Of a DNA stretch of 59,914 bases, positions 27,656-35,887 are shown piece after piece. The translations under genes and the position numbers were made by a program. Source of the DNA: Acidobacteriota bacterium (GTDB lineage Bacteria > Acidobacteriota > UBA890); contig PCAP01000008.1 of the NCBI GenBank assembly GCA_002731215.1, positions 1-59,914 on the forward strand. Reading direction: 5' to 3'. The first letter of the stretch is position 1. Every line of letters begins with the position of its first letter. A model generated the notes under the pieces. That model had not been told where the DNA came from. It was given only the letters and a program-made list of their open reading frames with translations, and searched no databases.

Positions 27656-28456
27656 TCAATCCAACCGGAAATTCTGCCCTAGATAGATCTCGCGGGTCTC
27701 CGGATCCTTTCCGAGATCCTCGGGCGTGCCCGAGCGAAAGATCTTGCCATTTCGAATGATGTAAGCCCGATCAGTAATTTGTAGCGTTTCACGAACGTTG
27801 TGGTCCGTGATCAACGCACCGATACCTCGTTTCTTCAAGTTACTTATGATCTTCTGGATGTCGGCAATAGCAATGGGATCGATCCCTGTGAAGGGCTCAT
27901 CCAACAAAACAAAACGCGGCTCAGTGGTCAACGCTCGGGCAATCTCGACGCGCCGGCGCTCACCACCGGAGAGCGTATAAGCCACGTTGCCGGCCAAATG
28001 CTGAAGGCCGAGCTCCTCCAGTAAGCTTTCACATCGAGCAACACGCTCAGAGCGATCGTGGTCAAGTCCCTCCAGGATAGCCATCAGGTTCTGAGCAACA
28101 GTCAATCGGCGAAACACAGATGGTTCTTGGGGCAAGTATGAAATACCGTACCGCCGCGCGCGTACAAACATTGGGTCATGGGTAACGTCGATGTCACCAA
28201 CCATCACTCTGCCCGCATCGGGCCGCGTCAACCCAACCACCATATAGAAGGAGGTCGTTTTACCGGCCCCATTGGGTCCTAATAAGCCAACGACCTCGCC
28301 CTCTCCAATGTCAAAACTCACATGATCCACAACACGACGGCCACGATACGCTTTCACAAGGGAATCTACAGACAATCGCGGCGCCGAGGGCATAGTGACG
28401 GGCTGAGACTTCTCGCCGGGTTGAAAATCAGGGACCACCGCAGAACGCTCAGGCAT
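27656..28456 (-). CDS. lptB: LPS export ABC transporter ATP-binding protein LptB
   Basis: [38 protein letters not shown]. The start is uncertain: ATG 28456 or ATG 28393 ([16 protein letters not shown]). The ORF-track start 28513 is unlikely. Confidence 0.9.
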   Translation of the reverse strand: MPERSAVVPDFQPGEKSQPVTMPSAPRLSVDSLVKAYRGRRVVDHVSFDIGEGEVVGLLGPNGAGKTTSFYMVVGLTRPDAGRVMVGDIDVTHDPMFVRARRYGISYLPQEPSVFRRLTVAQNLMAILEGLDHDRSERVARCESLLEELGLQHLAGNVAYTLSGGERRRVEIARALTTEPRFVLLDEPFTGIDPIAIADIQKIISNLKKRGIGALITDHNVRETLQITDRAYIIRNGKIFRSGTPEDLGKDPETREIYLGQNFRLD

Positions 28457-28760
28457 TTTCTCATCGTACCAAGGCCCCCATTCAAGATCCATGCCAACAT
28501 ATGCTAAACACATGTAGGCGCAGGGTCTCCCCAGGATTTTATGAGGCTTTCAGGGTAGGCACTAACACCTTTCAAGCTAAACAAATAATGCGTGTCTTAG
28601 CCCGGCTACCGGTGACAATCGACAGGTCTCGCCGCTTCCAGCGACCAACAAATCTATTTCCCCTGCGCTTCACGGTGTTGAACTGGCATATTCGAAATCG
28701 AAACCAGCTACCCATGAACGACACTAAACGAAGAACGATACTGTGGGCTGATCTTTCCGA

Positions 28761-31136
28761 TTACCTCTGGCGAGGTCGGACGATCTGCGTGGTCCCTTTC
28801 TGTATTGCAGTAATCGACAGACTGCCCTCATCCCATAACAGGCGGAGCGCTTCCGGGTCGCGAATTTCGATGCCTTGATCACTAACAAAGGTGGCCGGAA
28901 TAGATGGAAGAACTGGAGCCCCTAGAGGAGCAACAGGCGTCGCGTAGATGGTGACTTCCTCGGTATTTGCATCATACTCAAGGCGATCGCCACGCCCTGT
29001 TCCCGCCAGGTCACTCATCACAACTCCAGTGCGAATTTCCATTGAATCCCACCCACCATCTTCAAGGAAACGAATGATCAAGAGATTGCCGCCAATCGTC
29101 CGGCCGCCCTCCCCTTTCGTCTGGACGACGGCCTCACCAGCAAGCCGCAATTGCATCGTCGGTGATCCCTGCACCAGTAGTCGGTTTCCAGTCAACGTTA
29201 CGTCTTTGAGAACCGCCTCATCCGCTGCGTTTGCAGTTGTATTGGCTAGGCTGACAAACACGGTACCCGTAGCTTGCAAATCGTTGGCGGCAGGCAAAAT
29301 TTGGATCTGGTCAGCCTGAAGCAACCGGGCGCCGTCCCCCTCCCAAACACTCGCATTTCCATTAAAGGTCAGCGCCTCTGCAACACTGACATTAAGCGAT
29401 TCTCCCGATGCTTGGATTTTCGTCGAGTTGCCAAAAAGCGCCCCCAGCATCCGAACGGCCTCCCCTCCGAGTTGAGCATTAACACCACCAGATAAATCAG
29501 CACCTCCCTCAGCACGGAGCCGCACTTGGCCAGCTTGGACATCCAATTCATCTGAACGAAATCGCGGTTGCGGTAAGCCTTCTAACAACCAATCCCCCGT
29601 TCCAGGTTCGTACACTCCGCTGTTGGCACTAACGTCTCGACCATTACCAGTATGCCGCACACCGTCCGGCCACTCCGCTCCTGTCAACACGCCATTGGTG
29701 TCCCCCATCGGCCACGGCTGGTTGACGTCTTCATAGACAAACCTAGCGGAGGGTCCATGAAAACTCAGGGGCTCCTCACCAGTGCCAACAAGCAGAATTT
29801 CAACATTGCCTTCGGCATTCAGATCCTCAGTGTCGCCAGTACCAGCCGTAAGCACATCGGAAAAGATGTGCACCAATTCACTATTCGAAGACGATGGGAA
29901 AAAATAGGCATTGCCACACGCTACGATTGACCCTTCGACGTCACCACAACTCCCGCTCAGCAACCGTGGCATTTCACCCAAGACCAGGTCAAAGCTGTCA
30001 GCCTCCAAGACTCCAGTCTCGCCCAACTTGAAAAGGGGCCGGCGCCCATCTATCTCTGAATCCACCCGAAGGCCGGTGGCTTCGCCATCAACAATGTCGA
30101 CCACAATTAACTCCCCAGACACAGTGTGTTCTCTTGCCGAGTTGGCAGCTAGCCACACGGCGCGGGCGCCACCTGAAGCTGTAATAGAACGAACCGCGGT
30201 CGCTTCGTCATTGAGATCCATGAAAATCTGAGTGGCAACCAGTTCAGCTTCTGGAAGTACCGCACGGGCGTTGCCAGTCACGGTAATCGAACGAACTGTA
30301 GTTGCCTCACTGTCGAGACCGATGAGGACCTCAACCCCGGTAAGCTCCGCTTCTGGAAGCGATAACGCAGGTGAGCTGAGCAATCTCAGTTCAGAGCTGG
30401 CGTTGTCATACAACATTTCGCCGGACGTACCACTAAGATTTAGCATGGTGGTCGTCTGGCTACTTGTATCACTCCACACCTTCACCGACTCCTCTACCTC
30501 TAAATGTCGCGAAGATGGATGGGCACCCCATAGTTGGGCCATTCCAGTATCTGGATCGTAGTGGAGTGTCCGCGACTCAACCACCAATCCACCGGTACTG
30601 AACAATACGCCGTCGTCAGTTAGCAATCTCCCGCCGCGATACCTCAGTCGCTCGGAGCTAAACGTCACGCCGCCTGGAAGCAAAGCATAAACTACTGCCC
30701 GCGGCCCTGGTCCGGCGGCTTCGTCAGAGAGCAACTCGATACTTTCGAACTGCTGACCCTCGACTGGCACCTCGTAGGGAACTCCCATGAGCGAATGTGC
30801 CGTTAGGCGCGTAGCCTCCGGGGAATTTGTCCCCTCCTCCGAGTGTTTATAAATCACCATACCGACGTTCCCAGAGAATTCCTCGACTTCACGCCGCTCA
30901 CCGTTGATTTCACGAAACATGCGCACACGATGGTCGGCACTAAGCTCACCGATCGTCAGCCCGCTGGCAATCGTCGTCGCAGTAGGCTCCTTGGCTTTTG
31001 AAACAATGTCACGGCGCAGCCCTCCGCTATCGCCATCTTCGACTGCGGGGCGACCCTCCCAGGATGTCCACACTACTCCCAAGACCCCAATGATGAGCAG
31101 CGCCAGCAAAGATCGAACAATTGTTCGGGCGCCCAT
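28761..31136 (-). CDS. membrane-anchored multi-module LptC/LptA (OstA-like beta-jellyroll) protein, 791 aa
   Basis: Start placed at ATG 31136 ([24 protein letters not shown] anchor), 1 nt after the upstream OMP stop. LptC-like N-terminal part ([35 protein letters not shown]). LptA-like C-terminal part ([47 protein letters not shown]). It occupies the position upstream of lptB. By-eye assignment only. Confidence 0.5.
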   Translation of the reverse strand: MGARTIVRSLLALLIIGVLGVVWTSWEGRPAVEDGDSGGLRRDIVSKAKEPTATTIASGLTIGELSADHRVRMFREINGERREVEEFSGNVGMVIYKHSEEGTNSPEATRLTAHSLMGVPYEVPVEGQQFESIELLSDEAAGPGPRAVVYALLPGGVTFSSERLRYRGGRLLTDDGVLFSTGGLVVESRTLHYDPDTGMAQLWGAHPSSRHLEVEESVKVWSDTSSQTTTMLNLSGTSGEMLYDNASSELRLLSSPALSLPEAELTGVEVLIGLDSEATTVRSITVTGNARAVLPEAELVATQIFMDLNDEATAVRSITASGGARAVWLAANSAREHTVSGELIVVDIVDGEATGLRVDSEIDGRRPLFKLGETGVLEADSFDLVLGEMPRLLSGSCGDVEGSIVACGNAYFFPSSSNSELVHIFSDVLTAGTGDTEDLNAEGNVEILLVGTGEEPLSFHGPSARFVYEDVNQPWPMGDTNGVLTGAEWPDGVRHTGNGRDVSANSGVYEPGTGDWLLEGLPQPRFRSDELDVQAGQVRLRAEGGADLSGGVNAQLGGEAVRMLGALFGNSTKIQASGESLNVSVAEALTFNGNASVWEGDGARLLQADQIQILPAANDLQATGTVFVSLANTTANAADEAVLKDVTLTGNRLLVQGSPTMQLRLAGEAVVQTKGEGGRTIGGNLLIIRFLEDGGWDSMEIRTGVVMSDLAGTGRGDRLEYDANTEEVTIYATPVAPLGAPVLPSIPATFVSDQGIEIRDPEALRLLWDEGSLSITAIQKGTTQIVRPRQR
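30156..30359 (-). repeat. intragenic tandem duplication, 2 x 102 nt (34 aa)
   Basis: [34 protein letters not shown] is followed directly by [34 protein letters not shown]. The DNA anchor gcttctggaag recurs at 30247 and 30349. Confidence 0.8.
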
Positions 31137-31137
31137 C

Positions 31138-32256
31138 CTAAAACTCGGCTGCCAAGGACCCGGTCCAACCGAATCCACTGCGGCCAGGGTTCCATCTCCC
31201 CGCCAGGTCGGCACGCAGGGTTTCACCGCTCAAACCGAACCCAAACGTGTACATCGGTCGCCTTTCAATTGCCTTCAAGTCAAACAATAAGCCGCTCCGC
31301 AACGCTATTCTGTCGCCGCTCCACTGTATGCCGCCGCCGAATTCTCGCCGCTCCCGGGCACCCTGGACGAAAACACCAGACACCAGGTCAAGATCAAGAG
31401 TAAGAGAGAATTGCGGGTGGGGCAAAAACATGCCGCCAATACGAACCTGGCGTGGCAAACGAAACTGCCCTTCGTTCGCTGGAGTTATCTTAGTGGAACT
31501 GTCAAGTTCCGGAGCATTGAAGTTCTTCACCACCGCGCCAATGCGCAACATTGAGGAAGCCATAAATAAAAGACCCAGGTCAATGCCGAATACTGTGTCC
31601 TCCGATGTCACTGAACCGCTATGGGCCAAGCCAAGAAGTTTGCCAGCCGCCAGATCAGCACCCTCTAATGAATCCAAAGACACTCCGTCTAAACGGCCCT
31701 GTGCCTGTACCAGCTTGACACTCCCACCAAGAACAAGGCGGCCTTGCATTAACGGGTGTGCTGCACTGACCTGATATTCGCGCGTACGCAATGCCGCCGT
31801 ATCTATATGAACGGAGCCATCGATGAAACTAGCAATTTCGTCAGCATAGGTGATCTGCTGAAACGAAGCCCCAAAACGAACCGAGGTTACATAGATACCG
31901 AAAGTTCGTTCATCAGTAAGCCCTGAACTGCCCGACATTAGCGTCGCCGACGCATCCGCGTTTGTCAGTTCATCTGAAAAGCCACCTGCTACTCGAAGGG
32001 ATTCAACCCACCGGCCCACCTCAAGTGACAAGCTACCGAGCATTAGTCCAGCTTCTTTGCGCCCAGATACCCAAAGGCCGGCAGGATTCCATTGAAGGGC
32101 AGCATAGCCATCCGCGACGGCAACGTATCCGCCACCCATGGCCAGAGCCCTTGGGTCCACCTTTGAAACCGTTTGGGCAACCGCGATCGGGGAAACCAAT
32201 AGTGAGAAGAACAGGGCGAAAGCGAAGATCGCAGGCCGGGAATCGACAGGACTCAC
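31138..32256 (-). CDS. outer-membrane beta-barrel protein (FadL/TraF_2/PorV-like)
   Basis: Signal peptide ([16 protein letters not shown]), [25 protein letters not shown] motif, alternating beta-strand pattern and a C-terminal ...AAEF (terminal Phe). The GTG start at 32256 overlaps the DUF507 stop (GTGA). The ORF-track start 32319 would overlap DUF507. Confidence 0.6.
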   Translation of the reverse strand: MSPVDSRPAIFAFALFFSLLVSPIAVAQTVSKVDPRALAMGGGYVAVADGYAALQWNPAGLWVSGRKEAGLMLGSLSLEVGRWVESLRVAGGFSDELTNADASATLMSGSSGLTDERTFGIYVTSVRFGASFQQITYADEIASFIDGSVHIDTAALRTREYQVSAAHPLMQGRLVLGGSVKLVQAQGRLDGVSLDSLEGADLAAGKLLGLAHSGSVTSEDTVFGIDLGLLFMASSMLRIGAVVKNFNAPELDSSTKITPANEGQFRLPRQVRIGGMFLPHPQFSLTLDLDLVSGVFVQGARERREFGGGIQWSGDRIALRSGLLFDLKAIERRPMYTFGFGLSGETLRADLAGRWNPGRSGFGWTGSLAAEF

Positions 32257-32537
32257 TCTCGCGGAGGACGATGCTTTTCGGTTTCCTCTTGGTAGTACTG
32301 TCTGTAAAGAATCTCCCACTCTCGCCCTCCCTCGGGAAAGTCGCGCTTCTGGGAGGAAATCTTCTCACGCACAAGCTCGTCTACCATCGAATCTCGCTTA
32401 ACTTCTTCGGTGATGATTCTCACCACCTCGAGGCGAACAACGTTAGAGTCCTTCTCTAGACGCACGCCAGGATCGCCTACAAGAGCGTCTACGACCAGTT
32501 TAGAGAGCTGATTGATTTTCCCACGTGACAAGCGCAT
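32253..32537 (-). CDS. DUF507 family protein (paralogue 2)
   Basis: 94 aa. MRLSRGKINQLSKLVVDALV...VRIITEEVKRDSMVDELVREKI resembles DUF507 and is paralogous to the upstream gene. Confidence 0.7.
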   Translation of the reverse strand: MRLSRGKINQLSKLVVDALVGDPGVRLEKDSNVVRLEVVRIITEEVKRDSMVDELVREKISSQKRDFPEGGREWEILYRQYYQEETEKHRPPRE

Positions 32538-32539
32538 GG

Positions 32540-32818
32540 TCAGAGAATAATTTCACGTTCCTTGGCAAGTCTCGCCTTAATGACCTTAAACATTTCATGG
32601 TACTCGACGTCAGCACGACGAATGCGGTCCATATGCTCCCGCATTAGCTTGCGAACTTCATCGTTGAGCCTGTCCTCTACCCGCAGCTCGTCGGCAATTA
32701 CCTGCCGCAAGAGCGCCTCCGTCTCATCAGCATTTTCAACATCAAAGAATCCATGCTTAGCCAGCCCGCGAACGACGCGGTTAGCGATATCTTCGATCTG
32801 TCCGCTGTTCAAGCGCAT
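32540..32818 (-). CDS. DUF507 family protein (paralogue 1)
   Basis: 92 aa. MRLNSGQIEDIANRVVRGL...VIADELRVEDRLNDEVRKLM. It ends 2 nt before paralogue 2. Confidence 0.7.
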   Translation of the reverse strand: MRLNSGQIEDIANRVVRGLAKHGFFDVENADETEALLRQVIADELRVEDRLNDEVRKLMREHMDRIRRADVEYHEMFKVIKARLAKEREIIL

Positions 32819-32877
32819 GTCAGGCGGGCCCGGGGGAAAGCGAGACGGAACACCACACCGATGCTAGCACGGTGCAA

Positions 32878-34353
32878 TCAGTGCGCCACCTTGACCGGCG
32901 CCGAGGTTGCTTCGAAACCATCTCCGAAATCTACACGAACCCGGTAGTCGCCGGTGCCAACCTCAGGGATGCGAGCATTTACAAGCAGGGGGCCACCGAT
33001 GCCACCTAGCCAGCGGACTTCCTCCAAATTAAGTACAAGCGTCTCACCGTCAGACGTTTCAAGTTGCACAACCAACGCCTCAATATTGGGTTCAAGACCA
33101 CCCATCCAGGCCCCAATGACCATGAGCCCGCCGCTATCAAATGGCACCCCATCGGAGATTAAGACACCGACGGCTGCATCGTTGGACGAATCTAATGGAA
33201 GGGAAGCATGTCCCACAACGATCGCAATAGCTGGGTCTGCTGCAACCTCTACAAGTTGATTCCACTCGGCCTCCGTAGCGGGGAGTGGGTGCGATACCTT
33301 CAGCTTCGCCTGGTACTCGCCAGGTTCCACCGCCACCGTAACCGGAGAAACAAGAGATCCATTGCCGGCCGCCAATAACTCTGCTTCCCCTAGACGAATC
33401 TCCCACATTCCCGATACCTGTGCAGAATCATCTTTGTTGCTAACACCCCCTACCGTTAGGCTTGTCTCTAGAGTCGCAACAAATTGGCCACCATCGGGTT
33501 GGAACAGTAGATCGCTAAGCCTAACCTGGACCGGCACTGACACCATCCCGCCACTGCCAACCGCGCTTTCGCCCCAGGTTTCCAGAGGAATCTGGATCGA
33601 GAGCGTCCCATCGACAATCTCCCTTACGTAGGATCCGGATGACTCCCCCGTTTCAAACTTCATGATCGGATCAACTATGCTGTCTTCAATCGTATAGTCC
33701 ATCGCCCAACGCATATTGCGGTCCCAGACGCCCCGCCCAAACTGAAAATCATAGATTTCGAAACGGTTCATACTTGTCTCGATGAAGTACACCAAGAACT
33801 CACCGGTCAGCGACTGGAAGGCAAGATTGCTCCCCAAGTTGTAATAGGTCCAGACCTCAAATTCGGCCCCAGCACGACCAAAGAGAGACTGCGAACTCCG
33901 GCGACTGACATAACCTGATTCCCCAAACATAACGTGGACCCGTCCACGATCAGATCTCCAGCCCTTCGGGATGCCTCGGTACTTCCTGTTCGACTCGGCA
34001 ACGTTTTCATAAAACGCTTCCTTGAATTTGTTGCCAACCTGCCTACCGTCCGGGTCCCGCCGATCCCAAAACCATTCAATGAACTCCTCACGCTGTTGGG
34101 CATCTTCCAGCGCCTCCCAAATCTCACGCTCTTCATTAGTCAGAAACATCTCCGCCGGGCCGCGGGTCCAATCATCGGTCCAGCCTTCGTAGAATCGCAT
34201 TGCTGCTCCAGCAGTGGTTGGGTACTCATCGTCCCTCCAGTCCTGCATCGAATGACCAACACTGGGGAAGGCCACGAAGCCAACCAGCAAGAACGTTGCT
34301 GCAACCAAACAAAGCAACCTTGAGAAATCCCTACGGTTCGTTGTTCTTTCCAT
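32878..34353 (-). CDS. GWxTD domain-containing protein
   Basis: Signal/anchor, then FIEWFWDRRDP...KGWRSDRGRVHVMFGES (the GWxTD(R)G motif region). Confidence 0.7.
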   Translation of the reverse strand: MERTTNRRDFSRLLCLVAATFLLVGFVAFPSVGHSMQDWRDDEYPTTAGAAMRFYEGWTDDWTRGPAEMFLTNEEREIWEALEDAQQREEFIEWFWDRRDPDGRQVGNKFKEAFYENVAESNRKYRGIPKGWRSDRGRVHVMFGESGYVSRRSSQSLFGRAGAEFEVWTYYNLGSNLAFQSLTGEFLVYFIETSMNRFEIYDFQFGRGVWDRNMRWAMDYTIEDSIVDPIMKFETGESSGSYVREIVDGTLSIQIPLETWGESAVGSGGMVSVPVQVRLSDLLFQPDGGQFVATLETSLTVGGVSNKDDSAQVSGMWEIRLGEAELLAAGNGSLVSPVTVAVEPGEYQAKLKVSHPLPATEAEWNQLVEVAADPAIAIVVGHASLPLDSSNDAAVGVLISDGVPFDSGGLMVIGAWMGGLEPNIEALVVQLETSDGETLVLNLEEVRWLGGIGGPLLVNARIPEVGTGDYRVRVDFGDGFEATSAPVKVAH

Positions 34354-34519
34354 GGCGATACTCGGTCAGATATCGTTGACGCACTGTTTCCATATGATTC
34401 TATCGAGAAGACAACGCAACAGTAAGGAACAAAACTTTTATACCGTCGTCTAGAATCACTTTCTCTAACCGAAGGACAACTTGTTGCTCATTGGATGTCG
34501 TGTTAATTAGCTCAGCGTC

Positions 34520-35887
34520 ATGAATCAAGACGATCTCAAGTCGGTTTTTTGCAGAGTCGATGGCCTCCAGGAACAAGTTGTGGAGAGTCTTTCAAGATTA
34601 GTGGAGATACCTAGTATCGCGGGCCACGCTGAAGCTTGCCGGACCGCGGCCAGCGCAGTCGCTGATCTCTGTAAAGACGCTGGCTTTCGTGTTGAGGTAT
34701 GGGAAGGTCCAGGGGCACCCGCGCTCTTCGCAGAGATCCCGGCACCAGACAACAGCCCAACCGTGTTGTTCTATGGGCACTACGATGTACAACCAGTAGA
34801 ACCTTTGGACGCTTGGGTGACACCGCCATTTGAGCCCACAATTCGCGATGGTGCCCTGTTTGGGCGCGGGGCTGGCGATAACAAAGGCCAGTTCCTCTGC
34901 CACATCGCAGCCCTAAAGGCACTTCAAGATACCGTGGGATGTCCGATTGGAGTAAAACTACTAATCGAAGGTGAAGAGGAAATTGGCAGCCCCCACCTTG
35001 AAGATCTCGTGGCCTCTAATCTGGACCGGTTGTCTTGTGACGTCGCGATTACCGCTGACGGGCCACATCATGCTGACGGGCACCCTTTAATCATTTTCGG
35101 AGTACGTGGACTGCTGTTTATGGATGCAACCATCAGTGGCGCTCCGCGGGACCTGCACTCTGGAAGCAATGGCGGCGTCGCGCCGGCGCCAACCCATGAA
35201 CTGGTCGCCGCCCTCGCGGCAATGTGGAACAAAGACGGCTCAGTCGCCGTTCCCCATTTCTACGACAACATCGTACGCCCGACTTTCACCGAGCATAGAC
35301 TCGCGGAGCAACTTCCATATCCAAACTGGACTGGGGGTGAAACTTCAGCTGATAGAACCGCGCCTTCACTTTGGAACCGCTTAATGTTTGAACCTAACCT
35401 AAACATTGCCGGTCTTAATAGCGGCTACAATGGGGCGGGTGTCAAGACCGTGATACCCCGTCGTGCTCAAGCCAAGATTGACGTGCGTCTCGTTGCCAAT
35501 CAGGATCCTAACAAAGTCTACGTCTCATTCCGGCGATTCCTCGAACAGCGCGGCGTTGAAGTATCACTCTTAGCAGCCGTACCCCCGTCGCGGACCCCAA
35601 TTGACACACCGTTGGCCGCCCCAGTTCAACGGGCCATAGAAGCATCATGGAACCATACTCCCTTGTTACAACCCCGACTTGGCGGCACTACTCCGGACTT
35701 TGTGTTTACCCGCACCCTAGGTGTCCCGAGTCTCTTGGTACCTTACGCTCCCGCTGACATGCACCACCATGCCCCGAACGAGCGCATACCGTTGGAATCG
35801 TTATACCGCGGTGTTCGAACTACAGCTGCAATCTGCTTAGAATTCTCGCGCCTGGCTCCCCAATCAGCGCGGACCGCAAAGCGATAG
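34520..35887 (+). CDS. M20 family metallopeptidase (dipeptidase-like)
   Basis: FYGHYDVQP, GRGAGDNKG, EGEEEIGSPHL, HAPNE are M20/ArgE/DapE-type metal ligand motifs. Confidence 0.85.
   Translation: MNQDDLKSVFCRVDGLQEQVVESLSRLVEIPSIAGHAEACRTAASAVADLCKDAGFRVEVWEGPGAPALFAEIPAPDNSPTVLFYGHYDVQPVEPLDAWVTPPFEPTIRDGALFGRGAGDNKGQFLCHIAALKALQDTVGCPIGVKLLIEGEEEIGSPHLEDLVASNLDRLSCDVAITADGPHHADGHPLIIFGVRGLLFMDATISGAPRDLHSGSNGGVAPAPTHELVAALAAMWNKDGSVAVPHFYDNIVRPTFTEHRLAEQLPYPNWTGGETSADRTAPSLWNRLMFEPNLNIAGLNSGYNGAGVKTVIPRRAQAKIDVRLVANQDPNKVYVSFRRFLEQRGVEVSLLAAVPPSRTPIDTPLAAPVQRAIEASWNHTPLLQPRLGGTTPDFVFTRTLGVPSLLVPYAPADMHHHAPNERIPLESLYRGVRTTAAICLEFSRLAPQSARTAKR

Noticed and set aside
28501-28878. 125-aa plus-strand ORF, and a 47-aa very basic minus-strand ORF (28572..28715), in the spacer upstream of lptB
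   Set aside because: There is no SD or start context. The composition (Arg-rich, many rare motifs) looks non-coding, and the plus-strand ORF overlaps the 3' end of the giant Lpt-like gene. The spacer itself is kept as an unexplained region in the findings.
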